35,808 bases of DNA from Dehalococcoidia bacterium (GCA_035529555.1 DATKWL010000025.1:1-35808); one strand, 5' to 3'; positions 1 to 8,719 are shown, counted from the first letter of the stretch. The notes: generated by a model from the letters alone, not told the origin. Numbers and translations: made by a program.

Positions 1-257
1 AAGGTGCCAGTGAATGGCGCATCGTTTATGTTTATCGCCTCAATCGAGCAGTTGGATAGAGTGGGGCCGTTAATATCTATGACATTCTCAGCGTAAGCAA
101 AGCCGGAGTCAGAGAATCCGTTTCCAATGAAATGGTAGCCGCTGCCATTGGCGTCTATGGTGATTTTTCCACGCACGAGGCGGATTGTGCTCAGCTTTCT
201 TGCTGTGGCGATGGCCTTAGTATCAGCCCAGTTGTTTGATGGAGACCCTGGCGTGCC
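1..257. repeat. Intragenic direct repeat, copy A (partner 2686..2942)
   Basis: Ungapped alignment at offset 2685. I count about 11 mismatches in 257 bp (~96% identity). The repeat may continue left of the window. Confidence 0.9.
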
Positions 258-3200
258 GATAGGATAGTCAGTGCCGGCAACGCCGTTAACCGAATCTACA
301 TAGACGCCATCTACCGCTTGGCTAACAGATTTGCGGTAGTCGTTTATAGTGACCACCCCGCCTGCCAAGTCTACTAGCTCACAGTCGCCGTAAAGGGTAA
401 TCGTGCCACCAGTGCAGGTGGCAGCTATCGTAAGAGTGCCCCCGGAGAGGTCGATTATGGCAGTAGCCCCGGCAACCATCTGTTTTACTGTAAGCGAGCC
501 TCTGCTGACTACCCGCTGCGTTACTGAAGTTGCAGACGATATCAGGTCAAGGTCTGGATTAGGCTGCGTGAAACTGATAGCGCCACCCGTCAAGGAGACT
601 TTATTCTGCAGCTTGCCGCCTATCTTGCAACTCCCGCTGATAGCGATGGTACCGTTGTTTACTAGGTCTATTCCAACGTGGCAGTCGCCATGAATGATGA
701 GTGAACCTGCCGGGAGATTTTGCGTAACGGTACAGCCGGCATCAAGATTACCCTCAACGGTGATGCTCTCTGCACCATTTGTCATGGGACCATCGCCTAT
801 CTGACAATTACCTTTAATAACGATTATGCCGTTATTATTCAGGAGGCTACCTATCTGGCAGTTGCCATAAATAGCGAGTTCGCCACCAGCGGCAATATTC
901 AAGTTGGTGCCTATGTGACAGTCACCGTTGACGTAAAAGGTGCCTGCACCGGTCTGACTGATGTTGGAGCTTGTATGGCAGTTACCGTCTATATAAATAT
1001 CGCCTGTGGCATTGCCGATTGATTCTGCTTCGACGTTACCATGAACGGTAATATCGCCACTGGCATTGTTAACTATACTGCCGCCCATCACATGTAGGTC
1101 ACCATGGATTGTTATGGCGCCACCAAGAAGCTGAGTAATGCCGGACGCGATTTGGCAGTCGCCTTTAATAGTGATATAACCTGATGCGGTATTGCTAAGT
1201 ATGCTACCTACCTGACAATTCCCGATTATTGTGATGTCGCCTGTATCGGTCACGGCGAGACCGGTGCCCGTCTGGCAGTCGCCATAGATGTAGATGGAGC
1301 CTGTGGTATTTGATATGGGCCCGCTATAGACGTGGCAGTCGCCATAGATTCTGATGGAGCCTATGTCAGTCTGGGAGATGCCGGTATCCCTTACATCGAG
1401 ATTACCATAGATGTATATGTTCCCTTCTGTATTGGTCAACCCACGCATCTGGCAGTCGCCATAGATGTAGATGTTGCCTGTGGTATTGTCTAGCCGCCCA
1501 AGGAACTCGCAATTGTAGCAATTGATGATACCAAAAGGAGGATTGGTTACTCCACCGGCACCAAACCTACACCCGTGATAGTTGCTTCCCCCCACAGTAT
1601 GAGCGATGATAGTCGCAATATCACAGTCCCAGAACTCTGAGACGCTGACCAGGTTTGAACCGGTTGTATCCGTTATTCTCAGATTGATGAACGTGCAGTT
1701 AATAACCTGACCGTTGAAGTCCACAAGTGGGCTTAGTGCCCCTTCCTCCCCTTCGCCAATAAAAAGCACGTCTGCAAGCGCCCCTGTGAATTGTAGTGTC
1801 GTCCCGGGGTTTCTCAGCACTACTTTATCTAAGTTGCGGGCAGCAAGAATCGCTAGAAGGTCGGCCTCATTATCTACGGGCATTCCAGGCGTACCAATCG
1901 GATAAGCAGTTCCCGCCACACCGTTGACTGAATCGAAATAGACGCCATCAGCGGCCTGAAGTGCGGAATCCGCCGCACTCTTTTGTATCGTGTAGTCGTT
2001 GATGGTTGCTCCACCTGTATTATTAACTACGCGAGCATTTCCATAAATGTTAATAATACCTGCAACGCATGAAGCAGCGATGGTTAAATCAAGGCCATTT
2101 CCTACAATGTCGCTGTTAGACAAGGCAGCGCAGTTTGTGAGAGTAACATGGCCTCCAAGACAGTTTACCCCAACACAGTTCGTTATATTTATGGTCGCAT
2201 AAAGCTCATTACACTCAATGTACATGCGAGAGGTACCGCAAGTTATACCTGTTGAAATATCTATATAGCCACACTTTACGAATCTTACCAATGTTGTCAG
2301 ATTGCTTATTGTGTCTGCTTCTACATGCCCGCATCGTGAGAATACTGCTATGGCAAGGACACCAGTATAGGTTATTGCGCCACCTACGAATATGTGGTCA
2401 CAATCATGGAAGCTGCCGCAGTCGGTCATCGCCCCGCCTACGCTGATATGCCTGCCGCCGCTGATGTAATAACATCTTGTCATCGTGGTGGCAGATATAT
2501 CAACGCAGCTAATAATCCAAGAGCAGTCGGTCATTGTTGTTGCGGAAACCATGCCACAGTTGAAAAACCCCCGGTTGTTATTCATCGGCATAGTATTGAC
2601 ATAGCTGCAACCGATGAAGTAAGCGCAATCATGGGCTATCTTAACGTTAATATTAGCGCAATTTAAGAAATAGCCGCATGTATCCAAAGTGCCAGTGAAT
2701 GGCGCATCGTTTATGTTTATTGCCTCAAACGAGCAGTTGGATAGAGTGTGGCCGTTAATATCTATGGCATTCTCAGCGTAAGCAAAGCCGGAGTCAGAGA
2801 ATCCGTTTCCAATGAAATGGTAGCCGCTGCCATTGGCGTCTATGGTGATTTTTCCATGCACGAGGCGGATTGTGCTCAGCTTTCTTGCTGCGGCAATCGC
2901 CTTGGTATCAACCCAGTTGTTTGATGGAGACCCTGGCGTGCCTACAGGCCACGCCGTACCAGCGGCTCCACCGATAGAGTCGAAATAAACAGCATCCAGC
3001 GCATCTTCAATATCGGCAGTGGTTGCTCCCTTCTTGAGGGTAATAATCTTGTAATCTACACCCGCGGGAATAGGAGCAGCAATCCCTTTGTATGCGTGGT
3101 CAAGAGTTACCTCTCCGGTGACGTTGTTGAAGGCAGTGATATAAAACGATTCCACCTTCACTGACTGCCCTGGGTAGACGATAGCGAACATACCCACGTA

Positions 3201-3338
3201 GCTGATGCCAGCCCCAGCAAGCGCAACGTCTTTGAGGCTATCTCCAGCCCCCGCCCCAGCAGCACTCGTTATCCCTTCAGCAACTATCAGGCTCTGAAAT
3301 AGAGATACTAACTCACTCGCAGGTGGTCTTTCTGCCAT
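1..3338 (-). CDS. Giant modular tail-fibre / tailspike-like protein, N-terminal ~1112 codons (C-terminus lies beyond the window start)
   Basis: The minus-strand frame is open from ATG 3338..3336 to position 1, with GAGGTG 6 nt upstream just after the stop of 3348..3785. It is missing from the ORF track only because it has no in-window stop. Hand translation shows three DGVY[FV]DS..G.AGT.YP.GTPG modules, each followed by beta-helix-like repeats. Confidence 0.8.
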   Translation of the reverse strand, partial: MAERPPASELVSLFQSLIVAEGITSAAGAGAGDSLKDVALAGAGISYVGMFAIVYPGQSVKVESFYITAFNNVTGEVTLDHAYKGIAAPIPAGVDYKIITLKKGATTADIEDALDAVYFDSIGGAAGTAWPVGTPGSPSNNWVDTKAIAAARKLSTIRLVHGKITIDANGSGYHFIGNGFSDSGFAYAENAIDINGHTLSNCSFEAININDAPFTGTLDTCGYFLNCANINVKIAHDCAYFIGCSYVNTMPMNNNRGFFNCGMVSATTMTDCSWIISCVDISATTMTRCYYISGGRHISVGGAMTDCGSFHDCDHIFVGGAITYTGVLAIAVFSRCGHVEADTISNLTTLVRFVKCGYIDISTGITCGTSRMYIECNELYATINITNCVGVNCLGGHVTLTNCAALSNSDIVGNGLDLTIAASCVAGIINIYGNARVVNNTGGATINDYTIQKSAADSALQAADGVYFDSVNGVAGTAYPIGTPGMPVDNEADLLAILAARNLDKVVLRNPGTTLQFTGALADVLFIGEGEEGALSPLVDFNGQVINCTFINLRITDTTGSNLVSVSEFWDCDIATIIAHTVGGSNYHGCRFGAGGVTNPPFGIINCYNCEFLGRLDNTTGNIYIYGDCQMRGLTNTEGNIYIYGNLDVRDTGISQTDIGSIRIYGDCHVYSGPISNTTGSIYIYGDCQTGTGLAVTDTGDITIIGNCQVGSILSNTASGYITIKGDCQIASGITQLLGGAITIHGDLHVMGGSIVNNASGDITVHGNVEAESIGNATGDIYIDGNCHTSSNISQTGAGTFYVNGDCHIGTNLNIAAGGELAIYGNCQIGSLLNNNGIIVIKGNCQIGDGPMTNGAESITVEGNLDAGCTVTQNLPAGSLIIHGDCHVGIDLVNNGTIAISGSCKIGGKLQNKVSLTGGAISFTQPNPDLDLISSATSVTQRVVSRGSLTVKQMVAGATAIIDLSGGTLTIAATCTGGTITLYGDCELVDLAGGVVTINDYRKSVSQAVDGVYVDSVNGVAGTDYPIGTPGSPSNNWADTKAIATARKLSTIRLVRGKITIDANGSGYHFIGNGFSDSGFAYAENVIDINGPTLSNCSIEAININDAPFTGT
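590..1480 (-). repeat. About 15 tandem 18-21-codon coils with a G-[DN]-C-[QH] signature inside the fibre gene
   Basis: Translated units include GNIYIYGDCQMRGLTNTE, GSIYIYGDCQTGTGLAVTDT and GDITIIGNCQVGSILSNTAS. At DNA level ggcagtcgccatagat recurs at 1274, 1334 and 1451. Boundaries are approximate. Confidence 0.75.
2686..2942. repeat. Intragenic direct repeat, copy B (partner 1..257)
   Basis: Same alignment as copy A. Both copies encode the ~85 aa that follow the GTPGSPSNNW motif (..KAIA.ARKLSTIRLV.GKITIDANGSGYHFIGNGFSDSGFAYAEN..). Confidence 0.9.
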
Positions 3339-3347
3339 AAATGCACC

Positions 3348-3785
3348 TCACGGACCGTAGGTTATAGTCACCTTAATGTTTGTTACCGGACGTACCGCAT
3401 CGAGATTTTCGATACGCACCTTTAGAATATATGGGTGAGTTTCGTAATCCTTTGTCTGCCTCACAGTTGCGCCTGCAATAAATCCACCCACATTCCAGGC
3501 ATCCCAATCAACGGTGTCATAGCTTACTCCGTCATAAGAGGAGAGAACATGCACCTTAATTCCTGCTGTAGCGAGAGCGTGATATGCTGCTTCTACGGTT
3601 ACAGCTAGACGCTCTGGATTATTATGTAGGTCGACTGCCGTGCAATCTACGAGTGCCGTCGTAGCAAGAGCAACTAGATTTGCTACGTCTAGCACCTCTT
3701 GAATGGTTTTTTCAGGCGCAATGGGCATTGAATAATCGGGAGATCCGATACCTCTGGGAACAACCGAATAAACTTGCTCTGTCAT
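3348..3785 (-). CDS. Hypothetical virion-module protein (145 aa)
   Basis: ORF track. The ATG abuts the upstream stop (TAGATG) and GAGGAG lies 7 nt upstream. The gene sits directly upstream of the fibre gene in the same operon. Confidence 0.7.
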   Translation of the reverse strand: MTEQVYSVVPRGIGSPDYSMPIAPEKTIQEVLDVANLVALATTALVDCTAVDLHNNPERLAVTVEAAYHALATAGIKVHVLSSYDGVSYDTVDWDAWNVGGFIAGATVRQTKDYETHPYILKVRIENLDAVRPVTNIKVTITYGP

Positions 3786-4376
3786 CTATCTCTCCTCAAG
3801 GGTGATTGTCACGGTTATAGTATGTGCCCAGACAGCATCCGCATTAGCGATGTCTACCCATACATCAATCCCACTGTCAACGTCTTGCCCTTCGCCGAAC
3901 TTATAGGCAAGGGTAACATTGTTAAGTGAAATGTAATTATATCTGGGGAGCACTCTCTCACTACCCCTGTTTACCGCGACATCGACCAGGCCATTGCATC
4001 CCAGGGGCCAGTGAATGACCACTTCGGTCACCCTGGCGCTAAACTGCGGTCTTTCAAATATCCGTACTCCCGTAGCAGCGGGCACCGTCCTGCTAAATAG
4101 GATAACCTCAGACTTTTTTTCTACGCCCCCACCTGGTAATTGTTCTAAGAGCTTGCCTATGTTCTCCAGCCCCTCTAAAACAGCAGCCAATATATCAGCA
4201 TTTTTCTGCAAGATATCCTGGCTTGTTTCCTCGATCGCCGCGAGCAAGTTCAGTAGAGCTTCATTATCAGTGCCAGGCTGCGCTTTGGCCCTCTGTGTAG
4301 CCAGCAATACTGCCACTGCACCAAGGCCCGCACCGACGGCTACTTTCCCGGCATCACTGGTTTTATCCTCAGCCAT
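3786..4376 (-). CDS. Hypothetical protein with N-terminal membrane anchor (196 aa)
   Basis: GGAGGT lies 4-5 nt upstream of the ATG. The N-terminal hydrophobic stretch VAVGAGLGAVAVLLAT is followed by a helical segment and then a beta-rich segment. Confidence 0.7.
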   Translation of the reverse strand: MAEDKTSDAGKVAVGAGLGAVAVLLATQRAKAQPGTDNEALLNLLAAIEETSQDILQKNADILAAVLEGLENIGKLLEQLPGGGVEKKSEVILFSRTVPAATGVRIFERPQFSARVTEVVIHWPLGCNGLVDVAVNRGSERVLPRYNYISLNNVTLAYKFGEGQDVDSGIDVWVDIANADAVWAHTITVTITLEER

Positions 4377-4394
4377 ATCGACCTCCGTTTATAA

Positions 4395-4429
4395 GAAAGG
4401 GCTCGCCTCATGCTAAGGCAAGCCCTTTC
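4395..4429 (-). terminator. Intercistronic hairpin (possible weak terminator or attenuator)
   Basis: Perfect 9-bp stem GAAAGGGCT/AGCCCTTTC with a 17-nt loop, between 4499..5329 and 3786..4376. Only a short U tract follows on the minus strand. Confidence 0.35.
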
Positions 4430-4498
4430 GTTCCCTCAGCCTTTAGCCATATAAGGCGTTTGGCGTCTTGCTAGATAGACAACGGTTTTCTTGGTTGC

Positions 4499-5329
4499 TT
4501 ACTCAAGTTGTAGCCAGTAGAACTGGTCGCCATCGGCAGGTGCAGCAGTTCTTGGTAACAGATAGCCGGCATACTGTGCCCCTAGGCCTGCACTGGCATC
4601 TCCGAAAGGCCACAAGTTACCCGACTGTGCGAACCACAGAGGCCTTCTATCAGCAACGATTCCAGGGACAGTACCATCGGCTACACCATAGCATGGTCCG
4701 GCCCTTTGACCCCAGAAGAAGTTATTGATAGGTACGGCAACTGGGGGGACGCAGACTACAGTGTTAAATCCTGCAGGCATTCCAGGTGAACCTGGTGCTC
4801 TGACGTTGCTAAATACGTTGGGGTAGCCAGTGATAGCGGTGCCAGCGGCTGCAACCTGTTCAATTGGCCTGTCTAAAGTTAGAGTAGTGACCCCAGCAGC
4901 GGTGGCAGTGTTGCTTAATATCCTGTACCACTGCATATTCACAGTGAAAATCACCAACCACCCGCCCGCATACGCATTCGCTACGCAGACTCCCTCGGGA
5001 ACCACTATGGTACGAGAGCCAGCGACCGCTCCCGCCACCCCCAAGACGCCGTTTATCGGCCACTGAGTGAAGTTGAAGCAGCCGATGTTTCTCTCAAGGG
5101 CGGTCTGCCCAAAACAATATCTGAAAGTCCTCTCGTCAATAACCATGCGAGAGCCGAGTGTATAGTTTGGCACTAAGGAGAGTTCCCAGTATTGCTGCTC
5201 TGCGCCAGTCAAGTTCACGCATGGTCCCATTATTCGACCCGGCAACTGCGATAGCGGGTCGGTTTGTAGTGGCCCCAGGTCACCCTGAATCCTTCGTCCT
5301 AGAATGTAACCTATTTTCTTCGTCGTCAT
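4499..5329 (-). CDS. Hypothetical virion-module protein (276 aa), Gly/Ala/Val-rich
   Basis: ORF track. AGGAGAAGG lies directly upstream of the ATG. Size and position would suit a capsid or tail component, but I recognise no family motif. Confidence 0.7.
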   Translation of the reverse strand: MTTKKIGYILGRRIQGDLGPLQTDPLSQLPGRIMGPCVNLTGAEQQYWELSLVPNYTLGSRMVIDERTFRYCFGQTALERNIGCFNFTQWPINGVLGVAGAVAGSRTIVVPEGVCVANAYAGGWLVIFTVNMQWYRILSNTATAAGVTTLTLDRPIEQVAAAGTAITGYPNVFSNVRAPGSPGMPAGFNTVVCVPPVAVPINNFFWGQRAGPCYGVADGTVPGIVADRRPLWFAQSGNLWPFGDASAGLGAQYAGYLLPRTAAPADGDQFYWLQLE

Positions 5330-5450
5330 TTCCTTCTCCTTCTTGTGTCACTTCCCTTTATGTAGGGCTTACTTACTCATATCGGCGTGACACGACCTAG
5401 TTAGTTGCGCCCTACCGCAACCGGGCTCTTCATTCCCCTCCTTCTCCCCC

Positions 5451-5834
5451 TTATGTCGGGACATCCACATATCGCACAATTAAGTCAATCGTTCCGGCAG
5501 CGCTGCAAACAGCGCGCAGGAAACTCTGCGTCAGCGCCGTGCCCCCGCCGCCCTCGATGATATATAAGGGCAGGGCGTCCTCTTCGATGGGGCCATCCGG
5601 CTTGGGCAGATAATCGTTAATCAGGGAAAAGCTGAATCGGTCAATCGTCGTTGTAGCACCGGCGCCATTCTCACGCTTGCCCAGCGTAAGCAAGTTCACT
5701 CCTGCGAAGAGGTTCTGCGCCTCTATCTGCAGGATATGCCGGCGCATATTCCGCGTGACCTCTGTCCCGATATCAGCGTCCACATTGGTTACAGAGGCAT
5801 AAATTGTCTTGATGTCTTCGGCTTTCCAACTCAT
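5451..5834 (-). CDS. Hypothetical virion-module protein (127 aa)
   Basis: The start overlaps the upstream stop as ATGA (5831..5834), which suggests translational coupling. Confidence 0.65.
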   Translation of the reverse strand: MSWKAEDIKTIYASVTNVDADIGTEVTRNMRRHILQIEAQNLFAGVNLLTLGKRENGAGATTTIDRFSFSLINDYLPKPDGPIEEDALPLYIIEGGGGTALTQSFLRAVCSAAGTIDLIVRYVDVPT

Positions 5835-6532
5835 GGCTGCTCCTCCATAACCTTCTTGGCGTAATCGAGCAACGATGTGCCCACCAGGTCGCTAAGCCAC
5901 TTGGGAATCGCGGTCGGGCTCGGGTCAATTGGCCCCATCGTGTATTTCCTGACCCTCCTTGGCCCCTTGAGAAGGTCAGAAATCATTGCTTGATTCGTTA
6001 GCACCTTAAAGGTGTATTTCATCGTGTCAAAGACGAGCTTGACATTCGTAATGGCATCGCCCGTGGGGTTAAGCGCCTGAAATGCCGGGTATTTTTCATA
6101 GACGCAGAACAGCTCGGTTGCAGGGTTGAAGGGTCCAGCGTAGGGGCTATCATTGCCGTCCAGGTAGCCGACGTCACCATCGGCGAGGCTGATATTCCTG
6201 GTCGAGGCCAGCAAGCTGCCGATGTCCTTTTGCGAGGGGAACTGAGTATAGATACGAGCAGCAGACGGAGTAACACCCCAGAAGTGGTGATAGATAAAAT
6301 TCTGGCTCCGAGGCTGCAAGAAGTACACGTTATTGGGACCCTGTATCGTATTCCAACCAGCTACTATATTGCCCCCGGCGGCCACTGCCCCCAGTGAGTA
6401 CGGGCGTAGTTTGCTAGGTTCCCTCCCGGTTATCTTGAAGCAAACCCACCCCTCTGAGAACTGCAGCGCCAAGTAGTAACCCTGTTCGAGCCACCGGTCT
6501 GTATGACTTTGCTTGATAAGCGCTGTTTCCAT
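5831..6532 (-). CDS. Hypothetical virion-module protein (233 aa)
   Basis: ORF track. AGGAGG lies 5 nt upstream of the ATG at 6532. Confidence 0.7.
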   Translation of the reverse strand: METALIKQSHTDRWLEQGYYLALQFSEGWVCFKITGREPSKLRPYSLGAVAAGGNIVAGWNTIQGPNNVYFLQPRSQNFIYHHFWGVTPSAARIYTQFPSQKDIGSLLASTRNISLADGDVGYLDGNDSPYAGPFNPATELFCVYEKYPAFQALNPTGDAITNVKLVFDTMKYTFKVLTNQAMISDLLKGPRRVRKYTMGPIDPSPTAIPKWLSDLVGTSLLDYAKKVMEEQP

Positions 6533-6605
6533 AGCCCCTCCTTAGCTTTAGTCTTTCGCCTTAGAGGCACGGGGGGCTGGCTTGCGCCAGCCCCCTAAAA
6601 GCCTT

Positions 6606-7361
6606 TTAGGTTGTAGGATAAACAGTTGTGGCGCGAATGGCTCTACCGAGGCCGAACACCAGGCCGCCCAGTTGCACCTCATCAGTGACAGCCGCTACGG
6701 TATCCGAGCGCCCTCCCCCATAGAAGACATCCCGTGGGAGAAGCATCAATGTCGGCATGGGCACAATAGGAATCCCATTGACAGTATCACCGACTCGGAG
6801 CGAGCGGACATCGAACGGGATTAGCACACCCGTTCTTGAGATGGTAAACTGGCATTCGGCAAGGACCGGCGTCGGGGTTAGCAGAGATTTCAGGTGGGTG
6901 GCACAGAACCCGAAAGAGAGGCCGATTAGATAGCCGATTCCCGGAGCCGAAGAGAACCAGTCAGCCCAGGCTACTGTGAAAGGCTGAGCCCAGGTCACTT
7001 TCACCGCGCCGGCTACCTGAGTGAACACCGGGCGGATATACCCGAAGCCCAGCTCAGTATCCTCCGGATTCAGCCCCTTGAACTTTTTGCCCCCAAGCTC
7101 CTCCTTGACAGCTCTCAGGGTGACAATGTACGCCTCCAGCCTGTCCAGCATCAGGGTGCGTTCCTCACTGCCCGGGGCTGCCAGCAAGGTGACGAACTGC
7201 GATTTGAATAGCGCGAGCTCGTCATCATCAAGCGGCTTTCCCAGGACGTACGTCTGGTTGTACAGCTTGATTTGTTTCCTGGTGACCGGGTTCAGTTGCT
7301 CAGGAGTGCGCCAGGTCGCGCTTGTGTTGTTCAGGGCCATTACAATTCCAACATCCGCCAT
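6606..7361 (-). CDS. Hypothetical virion-module protein (251 aa)
   Basis: I moved the start to the internal ATG at 7361 (MADVGIV..) because GGAGGG lies 6 nt upstream. The track ORF extends to 7379. Confidence 0.7.
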   Translation of the reverse strand: MADVGIVMALNNTSATWRTPEQLNPVTRKQIKLYNQTYVLGKPLDDDELALFKSQFVTLLAAPGSEERTLMLDRLEAYIVTLRAVKEELGGKKFKGLNPEDTELGFGYIRPVFTQVAGAVKVTWAQPFTVAWADWFSSAPGIGYLIGLSFGFCATHLKSLLTPTPVLAECQFTISRTGVLIPFDVRSLRVGDTVNGIPIVPMPTLMLLPRDVFYGGGRSDTVAAVTDEVQLGGLVFGLGRAIRATTVYPTT

Positions 7362-7424
7362 TTTGCGTCCCTCCGTCAAGTTATTTGTTTATTGGTTATA
7401 TGGCCTTGTTCTCAGATTTTCAGG

Positions 7425-7829
7425 TCAAGACAAGAGTTCGTCTTGGTAGGTGAGCGGCTGTGCTAGGTCGCGCCCGGCACCCCCACCAGGGTTCTGAGGC
7501 CTGGCGCCAGCTCCGGGGTTGGCGGGCTGTTTCTTTTTTCGGGGCAGAAACACCCTCTCTGTGGTCTCCCCGCCGATCGCTGCTCGAATCGGCTTCGATA
7601 CCGATTTCACCAGCAGCGGAGTTGACGACAGAGCCAGGGCCTCGCCGAGCTTAGTCTGTCTGGGCATGAAGATCTGGATGCCATACCCGGCCAGAGCTCC
7701 AATAAGTCTCACGATATCCGTGGCCTTACGGAAGGGCTCCGTGCGAGCTTCCTTCTCGTCCCAGGACTCCATCACCTCGTCGACCACGCCCACGCCGACC
7801 GATATTCCGCTCTTCATCAGGTCAACCAT
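7425..7829 (-). CDS. Hypothetical protein (134 aa) with a Gly/Pro/Arg-rich basic C-terminal tail
   Basis: AAGGAGGT lies 6 nt upstream of the ATG at 7829. This is the first gene after the hairpin array. Confidence 0.7.
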   Translation of the reverse strand: MVDLMKSGISVGVGVVDEVMESWDEKEARTEPFRKATDIVRLIGALAGYGIQIFMPRQTKLGEALALSSTPLLVKSVSKPIRAAIGGETTERVFLPRKKKQPANPGAGARPQNPGGGAGRDLAQPLTYQDELLS

Positions 7830-7865
7830 CTCTACCTCCTTTTCCTACCTACGGAACGCTGTCTG

Positions 7866-7921
7866 CAAAAAAGGAAAGCCTGCGGACCGACCCTTTCGCA
7901 GGTCAGCGTCCCGCAGGCTTT
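7866..7921 (-). terminator. Intrinsic terminator T3 (minus strand)
   Basis: Minus-strand RNA folds as GCCUGCGG..GACC-UGCGAAAG-GGUC..CCGCAGGC followed by UUUCCUUUUUU. Confidence 0.65.
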
Positions 7922-8010
7922 ATATTTAATTTAATTGACTAAACTGATGTCGCTTTCAACATCCCGCAGGCTTTTTCAGACGATTCCCCCTTTTGCGGGA
8001 TGCCGTCCGC

Positions 8011-8066
8011 AAAAAGAAAAAGCCTGCGCGCCGAACCTTTTCGCAGTTCAGCGTCCCGCAGGCTTT
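8011..8066 (-). terminator. Intrinsic terminator T2 (minus strand)
   Basis: Outer stem GCCUGCG/CGCAGGC, inner stem GAAC/GUUC, then UUUUUCUUUUU. Confidence 0.65.
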
Positions 8067-8158
8067 CTTTAATTAAATACCGACAGCTTCAGCGTCCCGC
8101 AGGCTTTGATTGTTATCCCTGGGGTGTCCTCACACACCCCCCACGGGATGCTGGCCGT

Positions 8159-8212
8159 AAAAAGAAAAACCTGCGGGCTGGACTTTTTACAGTTCAGCAT
8201 CCCGCAGGCTTT
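8159..8212 (-). terminator. Intrinsic terminator T1 (minus strand)
   Basis: 8-bp stem CCUGCGGG/CCCGCAGG followed by UUUUUCUUUUU. It begins about 6 nt after the predicted start site of promoter 8225..8252. Confidence 0.65.
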
Positions 8213-8224
8213 ATTTGATTACAA

Positions 8225-8252
8225 TATATACAGATTTTTTAGAAAATGTCAA
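8225..8252 (-). promoter_or_regulatory. Sigma70-type promoter, TTGACA-N16-TATATA
   Basis: The minus strand reads cTTGACAttttctaaaaaatctgTATATA. It shares the 13-mer CTTGACATTTTCT with promoter 10416..10444. Confidence 0.6.
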
Positions 8253-8260
8253 GCGTCAAG

Positions 8261-8719
8261 CTAGACCTTGGCATAGGCAACTTCCAAATTGGTCACCGCC
8301 TGGGTCATTATCTGCACAATCCCGGCGTCAGTATCAATCGCCAGGAAGTCCGCCTCGATGGACGTGTTCGTCCTGCTGATCCATATGTAGGTGTCGTAGT
8401 AAGAAGCCCTCATGGCAGAGGTGATGGTGAGCACGGCGCTGAAGGTGCGGTCCAGTGATACCTCTGCGGTTGCCAGAGGGACAGCGATGACGGCTGAGGC
8501 GAACACCCCCGCCTCGAGGTTATTGCCATTGTTGAAGTCGCCGTCGCCCTTCTTCAGCCCCCAGCAGACATACAGGTTCTGAGCTGGACCGATGTACTTG
8601 AAGGTTGCCCTATTGGCAGCCACTCTTTCCCCTGTCACAACCTTTATCGGATAACTCCCGGGCAGGGCAGCGAATTCACGTTCGAAAACCTCCAAACCTC
8701 TGATACTTCCCTCTCTCAT
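8261..8719 (-). CDS. Hypothetical virion-module protein (152 aa), paralogue of 8729..9211
   Basis: AGGAGG lies upstream of the ATG. It shares blocks with its neighbour: F.Y.GP...L[YF][VI]CWGLKKG.GDFNNG.NL and YDTYIW[IV]...DF[IL]..AIDTDA. The C-terminus is NLEVAYAKV. Confidence 0.7.
   Translation of the reverse strand: MREGSIRGLEVFEREFAALPGSYPIKVVTGERVAANRATFKYIGPAQNLYVCWGLKKGDGDFNNGNNLEAGVFASAVIAVPLATAEVSLDRTFSAVLTITSAMRASYYDTYIWISRTNTSIEADFLAIDTDAGIVQIMTQAVTNLEVAYAKV

Larger units (their letters stand above)
7850..8212. repeat. About 2.5 tandem copies of a ~146-bp unit rich in the CCCGCAGGCTTT / GCCTGCGG motif
   Basis: Unit starts are near 7850, 7995 and 8144. The 18-mer CA[GA]C[GA]TCCCGCAGGCTTT occurs at 7904, 7957, 8049, 8090 and 8195. 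There is no ORF. Confidence 0.85.

Noticed and set aside
403-2666. Plus-strand ORFs 403..693, 720..1022, 1714..1905, 2252..2446 and 2394..2666.
   Set aside because: All lie inside the 1112-codon minus-strand fibre frame. They have no SD and give low-complexity translations, so they are antisense shadows.
7850-8212. Reading the repeat array as a CRISPR locus.
   Set aside because: The 18-mer copies are irregularly spaced (gaps of ~53, 92, 41 and 105 bp). They belong to a larger 146-bp tandem unit with hairpin-plus-U-tract structure, and no cas genes are present.
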